DNA of 64,000 bases from an uncultured Spirochaetota bacterium (GCA_963734545.1 CAVTHO010000005.1:256001-320000), one strand, 5' to 3'. Positions 30,759-41,508 are shown, numbered from the stretch's first letter. Notes: generated by a model from the letters alone, not told the origin. A program made the numbers and translations.

Positions 30759-31553
30759 TCACGAAGTCTCGCGGCTGTAGCGCGCGTTGTGCCGGAAAAG
30801 CTCGCGCAGGATGACCGTGAGCTCGACCCTCGGCATCCGTTCTTTCTCGACGAAGTATCGCCCGATGGGCTTGTGGCGTGCGCGCTGCAGGCGGAGGATC
30901 TGCGTCACCTCTTCCGTGGTCAGGAGCCGCAGCCGGCGAGCCGTCTCGCCGGTCTGTTCATGGCGCCGCTTGGATCCAAGAATCTTTGTGAGGTCCTGCC
31001 GCGTGATGGCGCGCAGCTCCTTGGCAAGCTCCCCGAATTTGGGTCGGGCTGCGCGCTGCCACACAATCGCGCTGATGAGGCTTTGCCAGGAAACGCGGCC
31101 CGAATAGTAGAGAAACTCGGCCAGGCGCAGCCGTCGGCGCGGGAGAGATCCATGATAATGGAGGGGACTGCTCTGGGTCCGGGCAGATCCTCCCGCGCTC
31201 GCGTGTCCGGAGCCTTTGGCTGCCTTTTCCCCCGTGGAACGTGGCGTCGGGGGCGCCGGACGCGGCCTTGCGGTGTGCGTGCCGGCAGGGGCTGTCCGGA
31301 TGCCCGCACCCTGAGCGAGCAGGTAACCCATGAGAAGCTCGTATGCGCGCGACGCCTCGATGAAACGCTTCCCGTCGACGGTTCCGGGCTTTGACCCCGC
31401 CCGCGAAGCCGCGTCCGGGTGAGTCATGACTGCGAGCCGACGATAGGCCCGCCTGATGACGGAAACATCCAGCTGGTGAAGCGGAATCTGTCCTCCCCGG
31501 CGGGGCTGCGCTCCCAGAAGGGTCGCATACGCGTCAAGCAAATATCTGTTCAT
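30759..31553 (-). CDS. J-domain (DnaJ-like) protein with C-terminal MshEN-like repeats
   Basis: IRRAYRRLAVMTHPD...FIEASRAYELL; Pro/Ala linker; four 24-aa repeats. Confidence 0.85.
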   Translation of the reverse strand: MNRYLLDAYATLLGAQPRRGGQIPLHQLDVSVIRRAYRRLAVMTHPDAASRAGSKPGTVDGKRFIEASRAYELLMGYLLAQGAGIRTAPAGTHTARPRPAPPTPRSTGEKAAKGSGHASAGGSARTQSSPLHYHGSLPRRRLRLAEFLYYSGRVSWQSLISAIVWQRAARPKFGELAKELRAITRQDLTKILGSKRRHEQTGETARRLRLLTTEEVTQILRLQRARHKPIGRYFVEKERMPRVELTVILRELFRHNARYSRETS

Positions 31554-31644
31554 TCCCCCTCATTATCGGAGCGCCGAGGAAACGATACAGCCCTCTTCGA
31601 TCGTTTTCAAGGACATTTGTGTATCGCGGATTTGTACGCGCGGC

Positions 31645-31941
31645 CTATCTGCTGAGCCGGGATGCCTCGTATTCCAGCTTCAAAACGAGGTGGTCCAATG
31701 CGTCCAGCTTCTTCGTCTTTGCTTTTTCCCTGATGCTCTCCAGCGTGGGAAGCGCGATGTGCGCGTAGCGCCACACGGCGGCGCGCGCCTTTTCCACCAT
31801 GGACAGCTCGGAGGCTTCATTCACGTATATGACGATCAGCTTTTTGCTGGTGGGGGGAAGCTCGGACTTGTTCACGTGCTCGATAATCGCGAAAACAGCC
31901 AGAAGGAAGCCCATTTCACGCACTTGTATTTCCCGGTACAT
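31645..31941 (-). CDS. Small hypothetical protein
   Basis: Coding-like composition; start may be 31941 or 31914. Confidence 0.6.
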   Translation of the reverse strand: MYREIQVREMGFLLAVFAIIEHVNKSELPPTSKKLIVIYVNEASELSMVEKARAAVWRYAHIALPTLESIREKAKTKKLDALDHLVLKLEYEASRLSR

Positions 31942-31996
31942 GCTATCCGGCGCCTTCCGGGATGTCAAGAAAGGGCCTGTCCGACCCATATTTGTC

Positions 31997-32025
31997 TTGA
32001 CTCGCTTTCCGTATTCATATATGAT
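31997..32025 (+). promoter_or_regulatory. Near-consensus sigma70 promoter, TTGACT-17-TATGAT
   Basis: 5/6 match at both boxes with a 17-bp spacer. Confidence 0.7.
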
Positions 32026-32031
32026 TCTCGT

Positions 32032-32185
32032 TGTATTCCGGTCGCACTTGGGATGGTTTCGTTGAAACAGGACTGACAGGCGCAGGAATATCGCGTTCCC
32101 GAGGACTGGCGCGCGGAGAGAAGATCTGGCACACGCGGGATTGCATCCGTCACGATGGATACCGCCCAGGGGTGAATCTGGAAGA
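32032..32185 (+). ncRNA. Candidate structured ncRNA or long leader (long irregular hairpin, possibly 6S-like)
   Basis: Starts just after the promoter; nested pairings 32036-32052 with 32165-32183, tgac/gtca and tcgcgt/acgcgg; no credible ORF. Confidence 0.35.
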
Positions 32186-32384
32186 AGCTCGAGTGGTTGA
32201 ATTACTGCCCCATAAAGTAATCCTTTCCCTTCGAATCCATTCTCTTTCCCCCGAATCGACAGGTTGGAAAATTGGCCCAGACTCCCCGCACTCCGCTACG
32301 ATGGGAGCGTCGTGAGCCTGTCGTCGGCAGGCTCTGATCACATCTGGATAGCGGGGTGAGACCCGCGCAAAAGGGGGGACTGAC

Positions 32385-32684
32385 ATGGCGAAGAAAATCT
32401 ATGTCGGCAACATGAGCTATAACACGAGCGAAGACACGCTGAGGCAGCTCTTCGCCCAGTACGGCGAAGTGGTGTCCGTCAACGTGATCACCGATCGCTA
32501 CACGGGGCGCGCGAAGGGCTTCGGCTTTGTCGAGATGGCATCCGACGACGCCGCCCGGGCGGCAATGGGAGCTCTGAACGGAAGAGAAGTCGACGGCCGG
32601 CAGCTCAAAGTGAACGAGGCCAATGACAAGCCGCGCGACAGCAACCGCGGCGGTGGCGGCGGCAGCAAGAGCCGCTACTACTAG
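32385..32684 (+). CDS. RRM RNA-binding protein
   Basis: RNP2 IYVGNM, RNP1 KGFGFVEM, Gly-rich tail. Confidence 0.96.
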   Translation: MAKKIYVGNMSYNTSEDTLRQLFAQYGEVVSVNVITDRYTGRAKGFGFVEMASDDAARAAMGALNGREVDGRQLKVNEANDKPRDSNRGGGGGSKSRYY

Positions 32685-32700
32685 GCGACACTGCAGTCGA

Positions 32701-32746
32701 GGGGAGGCGCCGGCCCGGCCATCTGCCCGGGACGGGCCTCCCTTTT
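32701..32746 (+). terminator. Intrinsic terminator
   Basis: gggaggc...gcctccc stem followed by tttt. Confidence 0.6.
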
Positions 32747-32825
32747 CGATTCCGCCCCTCTCTCAATTGATTTCGCCCGCGCACGGCCCTTCGGGTCGGC
32801 CGCGGTATTTATAGAGGAGGACCTC

Positions 32826-33086
32826 GTGGGCAGATCGCCATATCAGAGCGAGAAACGGCGCAAGGAGCTCGCGCGGCTGAAGAAACAGGAAGAAAAAAGG
32901 CAGCGCCGGTTCAACAAGAAGCATGAGGGTGAATCTCCTGAAGGCCAGGCCGAGGGAACGGCCGCAGATGGCGGGATGGAGGCCGTCGATCACCCCGCTG
33001 AAAGCGCACAAGAGGATTCCCCGTCTGTCGAGCACGCGGTGACCGAAGCTCCGGAGGGAGAGAAGGGAAACGGTACCTCGTCCTGA
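32826..33086 (+). CDS. Small protein with a basic N-terminus and acidic tail
   Basis: GAGGAGG RBS, GTG start, YQSEKRRKELARLKKQEEK. Confidence 0.75.
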   Translation: MGRSPYQSEKRRKELARLKKQEEKRQRRFNKKHEGESPEGQAEGTAADGGMEAVDHPAESAQEDSPSVEHAVTEAPEGEKGNGTSS

Positions 33087-33116
33087 CGCAGAGGTGACGA
33101 GTGTCACCGCGCCTCG

Positions 33117-34913
33117 TCACGCCCCGCCGGCGCTTTTCCGCTCGATCCTCGCCCAGGTATCCTTCAGGGAGACAGTGCGGTTGAATACCGGCTTCCCTGG
33201 GCTCGAGTCCGGGTCTACGTAGAAATACCCCAGCCTCTCGAATTGAAACCGGTCCCCCGGCACGGCAGTTGCGAGCCCGGGTTCCACGCGCGCGTCCGGC
33301 ACGACCTCGAGTGAGCCGGGATTGATAGTGTCCTTCCAGTCAACCCCCTCCGGCACTTCCTGCGGATATTCGGCGGAAAACAGGTGATCGTACAGGCGCG
33401 CCTCCGCCGCAAGCGCGTGCCGGGCCGATACCCAGTGGATCGTGGCTTTCACCTTGCGGTTGTCCGGCGCATTGCCTCCGCGCGTCAACGGATCGTACGT
33501 GGCGAGTATTTCCTGCACCGCGCCGGTGGAAGGGTCCTTCCTGACCCCGGTGCACGTGATGATGTACGCGTAGCGCAGCCGCACCTGCTGGCCCGGGGAG
33601 AGCCGGTAGTACTTTGGCGGCGGGACCTCGCGAAAATCGTCCTGTTCGATGTAGAGAACGCCGGAGAAGGGGACTTTTCGAGTCCCCGCCGCCGGATCCT
33701 CGGGATTGTTGACCGCTTCCATCTCCTCGACACTGCCCTCGGGCCAATTCTCGATGATGAGCTTCACGGGATGCAGGACGGCCATTGCCCTGCGGCAGCG
33801 CCGGTTGAGATCCTCCCGCAGGCAATGCTCGAGCAATTCTATCTCGGCGGTGCTGTTCGTCTTGGCCATGCCGACCCGGGATACGAAGTCCCGAATGGCC
33901 TCGGGCGTATAGCCCCTCCTGCGGAGCCCCCGGAGGGTCGGCATGCGGGGATCATCCCACCCGCGCACACGGCCCTCCTTCACCAGCTCCAGGAGCCACC
34001 GCTTGCTCAGGACGGTATGGGTGATGTTCAGTCGGGCGAACTCGATCTGCCGGCTGTGGAAGATCCCGATATTCTCCAGGAACCAGTCGTACAGCGGCCT
34101 GTGGATCTCGTACTCCTGGCTGCAGAGGGAGTGGGTGACCCCTTCAATGGAATCGGAGAGGGGATGCTGATAGTCGTACATGGGGTAGATGCACCACGTA
34201 TCACCGGTGCGATGGTGCGTGGCATGGCGGATGCGGTACATGACCGGGTCGCGCATGTGGAGATTGGGATGCGCCATGTCGATCTTGGCCCGCAGGGTGC
34301 GCGCGCTGTCGGCAAACTCTCCTCTCCGCATGCGGCGGAACAGGTCCAGGTTCTCGTCAACGGCCCGGTCACGGTACGGGCTGTTCCTCCCCGGCGGCGT
34401 GACGGTGACAGGGCCCTTGTCCGCCACGTCCGTTCCACGAAACTCGCGGATTTCCTGCTCGCTCAGGTCGCAGACGTAGGCCTTGCCCGCGGTGATGAGC
34501 TTTTCGGCCCACACGTAGAGCTGCTCGAAATAGTCGGAGGCGAAAAACTCACGATCCCCCCAGTCAAAGCCGAGCCACCTCGTGTCGGCCTTGATGGCGT
34601 CCACGTACTCCTGCTCTTCCTTTATGGGGTTGGTATCGTCGAACCTGAAATTGCACGCGCCGTTGAACTCCGCCGCGATCCCGAAGTCCGTGCAGATTGC
34701 CTTGGCATGTCCGATGTGCAGGTATCCGTTGGGCTCGGGCGGCCAGCGCGTCCGCACGTACGAGAAGCGCCCGGTCTCCAGGTCTTTCGCAACGGCCTCG
34801 CGTATGAAGTCGGACGGGGGCGCGCCGAGGCCGGTATCCCCCGCGCCTCCCTCGGCCCCTGATGCAGTGGAAGCCTTTCGAGGGGTCGGGACGCGAGACG
34901 TCGGGTCTGTCAC
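33117..34913 (-). CDS. glnS: Glutaminyl-tRNA synthetase
   Basis: [42 protein letters not shown]. Confidence 0.97.
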   Translation of the reverse strand: MTDPTSRVPTPRKASTASGAEGGAGDTGLGAPPSDFIREAVAKDLETGRFSYVRTRWPPEPNGYLHIGHAKAICTDFGIAAEFNGACNFRFDDTNPIKEEQEYVDAIKADTRWLGFDWGDREFFASDYFEQLYVWAEKLITAGKAYVCDLSEQEIREFRGTDVADKGPVTVTPPGRNSPYRDRAVDENLDLFRRMRRGEFADSARTLRAKIDMAHPNLHMRDPVMYRIRHATHHRTGDTWCIYPMYDYQHPLSDSIEGVTHSLCSQEYEIHRPLYDWFLENIGIFHSRQIEFARLNITHTVLSKRWLLELVKEGRVRGWDDPRMPTLRGLRRRGYTPEAIRDFVSRVGMAKTNSTAEIELLEHCLREDLNRRCRRAMAVLHPVKLIIENWPEGSVEEMEAVNNPEDPAAGTRKVPFSGVLYIEQDDFREVPPPKYYRLSPGQQVRLRYAYIITCTGVRKDPSTGAVQEILATYDPLTRGGNAPDNRKVKATIHWVSARHALAAEARLYDHLFSAEYPQEVPEGVDWKDTINPGSLEVVPDARVEPGLATAVPGDRFQFERLGYFYVDPDSSPGKPVFNRTVSLKDTWARIERKSAGGA

Positions 34914-35001
34914 TTGATGCTCCTTCTCACCGCGCTTCAGAGGCGCGATACGGCCACTGTGATCCAGCGGACGGAAGGGTGTCAAGAGTTCACATGCGCG
35001 C

Positions 35002-35409
35002 TCAGTCCATCAGCCGCTGCTGTCCCTTCAGGGACTGGATGCGGCTGATTTTCTGGGAGCATTCGAGACAGCCGAGGTACGCGCCTGATGGATCGCGAAG
35101 GGCAAAATACTGGATGAGGATTTTCTCGGGCTCCGGTGCGTCTCCCAGCTTCATGTCGATCCAGAACTCGGCGGAGTCGCGTGTCCCTTTCTTCATCTCG
35201 GAAAGGATGGCTTCCACCTTGGCGAGGCTCTTGCCCGGATGACAGGCGCGCACGTCGCGCCCCAGCACATTGTCCGTTCGGCGGAAGACGCGCGTCTCAT
35301 GCCGGTTCCACGCGAGCACCTTGTCGTTTGCGTCGACAATGGAGAACTCCACGGGCAGCGTCTCCAGCAGCGATGCAAGCACGGCGTCAGGCAGCTTTCC
35401 CTTGAACAT
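35002..35409 (-). CDS. Stand-alone PAS domain protein (PAS_10-like)
   Basis: [34 protein letters not shown]. Confidence 0.85.
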   Translation of the reverse strand: MFKGKLPDAVLASLLETLPVEFSIVDANDKVLAWNRHETRVFRRTDNVLGRDVRACHPGKSLAKVEAILSEMKKGTRDSAEFWIDMKLGDAPEPEKILIQYFALRDPSGAYLGCLECSQKISRIQSLKGQQRLMD

Positions 35410-35530
35410 GAACGACCTCCCTCTGTCAAAAGCGTCGCAAGTGTAGCAGAGGTCCGGGCCCCCATCAAGAACGCGTCATAGGTGCGTGTAGGGCGATGTA
35501 AAGCAAAAGACAATCGGGCCCGCGCGCGGA

Positions 35531-35547
35531 GACCGCCCTTCGGGCGG
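35531..35547. terminator. GC hairpin with a cUUCGg loop downstream of the membrane protein
   Basis: accgcc-cttcgg-gcggt. Confidence 0.4.
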
Positions 35548-35564
35548 TGCTCGCCTGGATCAGG

Positions 35565-36212
35565 TCAGCCCGCCGCAGCGCCAAGGGGCTCAGGGGCTAG
35601 AGGGACGCCCCATGGGTGCGGGTCCTCGTCCGCCCGCCGTTTTCTTCGCGTGGGCACCTTGCGATACAGGAGGATGAATATCCCGTAGACGACCACGGTC
35701 TGCAGGGAGCCGAGGATCGCGATGCTGAGCGAATCCCGCAGCAGTGAAAATCCCGCGATGCTGAGCGCGGAGCCCGTCAGGAGGCCCATGGCATCCGCCA
35801 TCTCGCAGCGCCGGTCGAATGCCGCCCTGTTCGTCCGGTAGCGCACTTCCTTGATCTTCTGCAGGAGATAGACGACCGACGATGAAAAGACTCCGAGGAC
35901 GAACATGGACAAGAGGTAGTACGCCATGAGGTCAACGGCCGCCACCAGCGCCGAGCCGATTGCCGCCACCAACTCGACCAGCATCACCATGGGGAGCACC
36001 GCGTAGAGCTTGTCGAATATCTTCCTGTTGCCCAGGACGGCCCCTATGAGCACGGGGAACGCGGATGACATGAATGAGCCCAGCGCGATGATTCTGCCGT
36101 CCAGGCGCGAAAGTATGACGCTGATGTACAAAGGATTGAGAAAACCGTAGAAAAAGCTGGCGATAAAGCCGCTGAGAACAAACAAGTCCAGAAACGCTGG
36201 TGTTTTTTTCAT
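35565..36212 (-). CDS. Hypothetical membrane protein, about 6 TM (half-MFS-like)
   Basis: GGAGG RBS; six hydrophobic segments. Confidence 0.75.
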   Translation of the reverse strand: MKKTPAFLDLFVLSGFIASFFYGFLNPLYISVILSRLDGRIIALGSFMSSAFPVLIGAVLGNRKIFDKLYAVLPMVMLVELVAAIGSALVAAVDLMAYYLLSMFVLGVFSSSVVYLLQKIKEVRYRTNRAAFDRRCEMADAMGLLTGSALSIAGFSLLRDSLSIAILGSLQTVVVYGIFILLYRKVPTRRKRRADEDPHPWGVPLAPEPLGAAAG

Positions 36213-36365
36213 TTTCCACCTCCCTTCAGACGGGAATATCCCGCACAGGAGATGGAAGAGACATCTCCTATGCCAGTAAAACCAACCTACTCCCAGGATC
36301 GTCGTTGTGTTCCATGCTCGCTCCTGTCAGCATAAGAAGACGTTGCCCCCCGAAGGGCTGCTCTC

Positions 36366-36394
36366 AATCTACCACCGGAACCGGCGCTTGGCAA
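36366..36394 (-). promoter_or_regulatory. Putative sigma70 promoter, TTGCCA-17-TAGATT with extended TG
   Basis: Minus strand ttgcca agcgccggttccggtgg tagatt. Confidence 0.6.
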
Positions 36395-36450
36395 CCCCCG
36401 GTCACCGTACCTTGCACGGGACGCCGTGCAGTCAGGCGGCATTTGCGCCC

Positions 36451-37155
36451 TCACGGTATCAGCGCAGCGAGCTGGTCCCACCTCAGAATGACCGCGTGCT
36501 CGCCGATGCTGTCGGGGATTGCGGCGCGCGGATTGAACGCGACAGGAAAGATCCCCGCGCTCCGCGCCCCCACGATATCGTAACCCACATTATCGCCTGC
36601 AAACCACGCAGACACCGCCTCCAGCCTAAGCCTGCGCAGCGCGACTTCAAAGATGATCGGATCAGGCTTGCGGATGCCGTAGTCGGCGCTGGAGATCACG
36701 AACTCGAAGTACCGGCGTATCCCGTGCCTCTCCAGCTCTCTTTCCAGCGTACAGCCCGCGAACGAGGAATTGCTTATCACGCCCATGCGGATCCCCCGGG
36801 ACTGAAGCAGGAGAAGAATCTCCCGCACCCCGTCGATCAGGCGCACGTGCAGAGCGGCGCCCCAGAACTCCCATTCGGTCTCCTCCATTGTGCCGCGGAA
36901 TCGGAGGTCCAGTGAATCCCCGATGATGCGCAGGAGCGCTGCCTGGGTGAACTCGAGCGCTGACTGATCTTCACGGGTTTCCAGGGCGGTCATCACGTGG
37001 TTTCCCAGCTCCTGCACCTGTTCCAGGGTGACGCGGTGAGGGTTGTCGCAAGTCTTCAGCACGGCGGCGTTTCCGAGGCTCGGATCAAAGCCTTCGGAGC
37101 TGATAAGGGTTCCCCACAGGTCGAAAAGAACAGCCTCAGGCCGCCGCATGCGCAC
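36451..37155 (-). CDS. HAD family hydrolase
   Basis: [32 protein letters not shown]. Confidence 0.9.
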   Translation of the reverse strand: MRMRRPEAVLFDLWGTLISSEGFDPSLGNAAVLKTCDNPHRVTLEQVQELGNHVMTALETREDQSALEFTQAALLRIIGDSLDLRFRGTMEETEWEFWGAALHVRLIDGVREILLLLQSRGIRMGVISNSSFAGCTLERELERHGIRRYFEFVISSADYGIRKPDPIIFEVALRRLRLEAVSAWFAGDNVGYDIVGARSAGIFPVAFNPRAAIPDSIGEHAVILRWDQLAALIP

Positions 37156-37262
37156 TCATTTCTCCCTCCTCCGGACTTGACTCACTCTTAGTATATCCAT
37201 GCACCGGACCCCGGTCACCTGCGCTTGCCGCGTGTCCGCCCTGCCGCTATGATCGATCTGGC

Positions 37263-38030
37263 ATGGAAGGACAGAAAAAAAACTATCTCATCGATATGGA
37301 CGGAGTTCTCGTGCGCGGGACCCGTATCATTCCCGGTGCGGATGCGTTCATCGGGCGGCTGAAGGAGAGCCATTGCGAGTTTCTCGTGCTGACCAACAAT
37401 CCGCAATACACGCAGAAAGATCTTTCCTACCGTCTCGCCGGTATCGGGCTACAGGTAGAGCCGCGTCGGATATTCACCTCCGCGATGGCCACGGTGAGCT
37501 TCCTGAAATCACAGAAAAGCACCCGGACGGTCTTCGTGGTCGGAGAGAGCGGGCTCACAGAGCCTCTGCACGACGCGGGATTTATCATCACCGACAACGA
37601 GCCTTACTACGTCGTGCTCGGTGAAACGCACGCGTACAACATCCAGCAGATCACCACTGCCATCCGCCTGATCGGGAAAGGCGCGAGGTTCATCGCCACC
37701 AATCCGGATCCGTCCGGGCCGGGGGACGGAGGGATCGTGCCGGCCTGCGGCGCGATGGCGGCGCTCATCGAGAAGGCCACGGGGCTGAGCCCGTTCTTCA
37801 TCGGCAAGCCGAATCCGCTCATGATGCGCACCGCGCTCAACTACCTTGGCGTCCATTCGGAAAGCACGGTCATGATCGGCGACCGGATGGATACGGACAT
37901 GGTGGCAGGGGTGGAAAGCGGAATGGAGACCGTGCTGGTCTTGAGCGGGGTTACGCGGAGGGAAGATGTCAGCCGCTTCCCCTACCAGCCGAACAGGATT
38001 GTCGAGTCAGTGGCCGATATCGATCCGTGA
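37263..38030 (+). CDS. nagD: HAD-IIA (NagD-like) phosphatase
   Basis: [33 protein letters not shown]; upstream TTGCCG-17-TATGAT. Confidence 0.92.
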   Translation: MEGQKKNYLIDMDGVLVRGTRIIPGADAFIGRLKESHCEFLVLTNNPQYTQKDLSYRLAGIGLQVEPRRIFTSAMATVSFLKSQKSTRTVFVVGESGLTEPLHDAGFIITDNEPYYVVLGETHAYNIQQITTAIRLIGKGARFIATNPDPSGPGDGGIVPACGAMAALIEKATGLSPFFIGKPNPLMMRTALNYLGVHSESTVMIGDRMDTDMVAGVESGMETVLVLSGVTRREDVSRFPYQPNRIVESVADIDP

Positions 38031-38070
38031 GAGACCGGTCGCAACCCGACGCCCCGGTCAGGCCCGGGGG

Positions 38071-40226
38071 CTACTTGGACGTCCGGTGGAACACGCCGTC
38101 CCAGTCCTTGGGCGGGGGGTCCTTCTTGAATGCCGCCACCCGTCGAGAAAAGTCTCGCTCGGCTCGTCCTTGTAGTCCTTGACGAGTGCGGCGAATCCCT
38201 TCTCTGCGGCATCCCATTTCTGCTTGCGATAGAGTGCCAGGGATGCCTCGAAGAGCTTCTTGATGGCGACAAGCTTTTCCGCGGCGGTCTTGGTCTCCTG
38301 AAGGAGCTCGTAGATCCGCACGGGCTCGTTCTTTCCCTTGACCGTCAGGAGGTCGATCTCTCGACAGACGTAGTTGTCTTTCACCTTGTCATACACCGAC
38401 TCGGTGATCAGGGTCTTGGTGCCGTATTCCTTGTTCGTGCCTTCCAGTCGCGCGGCGAGGTTGACCGTGTCCCCGATGCTCGTGAAGTCCATCCTGTCCT
38501 TGGCGCCCACGCTGCCGAAGACCACGGGCCCTGAATTGATGCCGATCCCGATGGAAATGATATTCTTCTTTGCAAGCTCGGCCAGCTCCTTTTCCTGGGC
38601 CATGGTCTTTCTGATCTCCAGGCTCGCCTTGCAGGCGTTCAATTCCTTCTTGGGGCCTTCGAACATCGCCATGATCTCGTCCCCCACGAACTTGTCCACC
38701 TCGCCGCCGCAATCATGAATGACGGATGACTGCAGCTCGAGGTAGTGGTTGAGCATTTCCACGACCTTGTCGGGGGTCATGCTCTCGCTGATCGTGGTGA
38801 ATCCGCGTATGTCGGTGAACAGGAAAGTGAGATTCCTCCGCTCGGTCATCGGAGTCTCTCTCTCGGCGTGCTTCAGAGTGGAGGCGGATATGTAGGGAAT
38901 GACACCCCGGATTACCGTGGCCATGTTCCCCACCTCATTGGAGAGAAGCTTGATCTCGTCCCGTGTGTTCACCCTGTCCTTGTACTGCAAGAGGTCGGAA
39001 GAAATCCGCAGCTTTCCCTTGATCATGCTGGAAAGAGTCGTGGCGATGCCGTTGACGCTCATCCTCAGGAACAAGATCGGGAAAACGATGGCCCTGCCGA
39101 ACAGGTAGATGAGAAAGATGGACAGGTACATGAAGATGCCGGCAATGACGAAGACCTTCACCTGGGTGCGGAAATACGGCTCGTATATGACGTCGCGCGC
39201 ATAGTCGACCATGATATAGCCGATCGAGACGTTGCTCAGCATGACGGGTGCGAGGAACTCGTAGGTCTCCGTGGAAGGATTATAGCGGCTGGTGATTCCC
39301 GTTAGAGCGGATTCCGGCTGCGCCACGCGCTCATCGATCTTCTTTCTATCCGTGCTCGACCAGATCTGGAAACCGCCTCCCTTGACGTCGCGGCGGTAGT
39401 AGGAGAGCGTGTTGAACCGGAAGGAGGAGTTCAGTCCCAGGGCACCCGTGTTCTTCTTCTCCTCTGCGCCGAAATAGTCGTCCAGTGAAATCCTGTCCGT
39501 CGGATTCGCCTTGACGACGCTCGCCGTCCTGTCCGCGAGCCCTTCGCCGTTCGCATAGACCGCGGAGAGAATCGTGCGGCTGAAGTCACGCAGGAGGGAG
39601 AACGCGAGAATGAAAATGATCGCGATGATGAGCGGCACGAAAGTAAGGAGCATTTTCCGCTGAATACCCCGCCTCTGCAGGGCGGAGAGCACACCCCGCC
39701 CGCCGGCCTCCTCGTCCGTTCTGCGGAACTCGAGGTATTCCAGGTACGTGGAGTCCCGCGTACTCAGCCACATGATGAGCATGACGATGAAATAGCCATT
39801 GTAGCCTATCGAAAGGCCCGCGACAGCGTAGGTGGCCGGCGGGAACGCGGCAAAATAGCTGCCGCTGGCGGCGCGGACCACCAGGTGCATGATGACCAGC
39901 GTGATGACGAACCCCGAGGAGAGAATATTCAGCAGGATCGGCAGCGGCTTCTCGGGATCAGCCAGAAACGGGATCTGTTTTGTCAGGAAGATCGCGGCGA
40001 TTTTCCAGATGCAGATCAACGGTACGAGGTACGAGAAGACGGTGACGAGTATCCACGCGCCCAATTGCGAGGGCGGCGAGCCATAGAGTGTTCCGGCAAG
40101 CTGAAGGGGGTCGAAACTGCCGATGTCTTTGCTGATGAAGGGAAGCACATACCAGAGGATGATGATGACGGAGTAGGCCGCCTCGGTGATATGAAAAGCG
40201 AGTTTCGGCCTCGGGTTCATATTCAT
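38071..40226 (-). CDS. Membrane-anchored class III adenylate cyclase with TPR-like tail; frameshift near 38143
   Basis: FTDIRGFT, DKFVGDEIM, DFTSIGDTVNLAARLE, VKGK; typical end PPPKDWDGVF...K* in another frame. Confidence 0.9.
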
Positions 40227-40248
40227 CGCGTGCTCCTTCGCGTGGGGA

Positions 40249-41508
40249 TTAGTATTGTTCCACGAGCTTCTGCTTGGCGCGCGCCCTGTCCAGATAGTCT
40301 CCCGCCTGCTCGTAGTCGACCTGTACGCCGACGACGGTCTGCAGGAGCTCGATTGCGGTCTTGAAGTCTTCGTCGCGATATGCCTGTACACCGCGGTCAT
40401 ACAGGTCCTTGAGACCCGACACGATCTTCTGGTTCCTGTCGTCGAGCATCTGCTGTTTCGACTGATCGTTCGTCACCTTCCAGAGCGCGTCTATCTTGCG
40501 ATGGGCTGCCACCAGCTCCCCCGCGTCGATCAGCCGGTCGATGTCCTGCAGGTTCGTGTCGAATGACGCCCCTGAATCTGCTTTCGCGCGAAGGTCCGAG
40601 AGCTTCCGCTTGAGGGTGGAGGCCTCCTCCGTCCGGGAGACCGCCAGGGCCGAATCGGTCCTCGCTTCCGCGGTGGCATAGTCTTTCTTGGCATAGAGCG
40701 ACTTTGCCCAGGTGAAGTTCAGATCATAGGCGACCTTCTTCACGATCGTGTCGTAGCTGTTGTCCAGCTTTCGATTCAGGTCGTTCAGGGCGGCAAGCTG
40801 TGTGCGCCCGTCCGCGTAGGTGCCGGCAGCGATGAGCTTCTGGATGGAAGCGGCGCGTCGGGTGACCGACTTCCCGAGCTCATCCTTCGTGCCGGTGAGC
40901 ACGCCCTGGGCGGCAGAGCTCTGCGGATCCACATCCAGGGCCTTGTTTGCGTTCTGGAAAGCCTCGGTGTATTGCTTTTCCCGCACCGTGTCGGTGCTCT
41001 TGTCATCCACCTTGGCCAGCGCGGCCTTGGCCCGGGCAAGATAGATGTCCACCAGTTTCGACCGATCCTTGGACGTATCTCCGAGCAGCTTGCGCACCGT
41101 CGGATCCGTGGGATCCAGACGCGCCGCGGTCTGCAGGGAGACGAAGAGGGCGTAGTTGTCGTCATCCGAGCGCCGGGGCTTGGCAAGGCTGCGGTTGGCA
41201 TCCTTCAGGTTGGCCTGCAGCAGCTTCTTCTTGTAGTTGTCGATCAGCGTGAGGTACTGCTGCGCCTGCACGTTTGTGGGATCGAAACTCAGGGCAATGT
41301 TGAAGTAGTCCTTGATCCTCGGGATCTGGTCGAACTCCTGCCGGCGCACGACATGCAGATCATACTCCTGGATCCCCGCCATCGTGAGGGCCTGGGATTT
41401 GCTGTGATCGTCGAGTTTCTGAACGAGAAAGGAATCCCCCGGGGAAACGGAGGCGCAACCGGCGATTATGACCGGCAGAAGGCAGGATAGGAGAAACAAT
41501 CGCTTCAT
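40249..41508 (-). CDS. TPR-like alpha-helical lipoprotein
   Basis: Lipobox IAGC; ALSFDPTNVQAQQYL, ALDVDPQSSAAQ, LYDRGVQAY. Confidence 0.82.
   Translation of the reverse strand: MKRLFLLSCLLPVIIAGCASVSPGDSFLVQKLDDHSKSQALTMAGIQEYDLHVVRRQEFDQIPRIKDYFNIALSFDPTNVQAQQYLTLIDNYKKKLLQANLKDANRSLAKPRRSDDDNYALFVSLQTAARLDPTDPTVRKLLGDTSKDRSKLVDIYLARAKAALAKVDDKSTDTVREKQYTEAFQNANKALDVDPQSSAAQGVLTGTKDELGKSVTRRAASIQKLIAAGTYADGRTQLAALNDLNRKLDNSYDTIVKKVAYDLNFTWAKSLYAKKDYATAEARTDSALAVSRTEEASTLKRKLSDLRAKADSGASFDTNLQDIDRLIDAGELVAAHRKIDALWKVTNDQSKQQMLDDRNQKIVSGLKDLYDRGVQAYRDEDFKTAIELLQTVVGVQVDYEQAGDYLDRARAKQKLVEQY

Noticed and set aside
32140-32200. c-di-AMP (ydaO) riboswitch suggested by GGGGTGAATC
   Set aside because: The downstream conserved CCCGxCAGCUAAC element and the upstream GAAUCC element are absent.
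33960-34020. Missing KMSKS motif in glnS
   Set aside because: VLSKR/VMSKR is the normal GlnRS form.
36270-36300. yybP-ykoY manganese riboswitch suggested by GGGAGTAG
   Set aside because: The other conserved loop and the closing GAGACC-like motif are missing.
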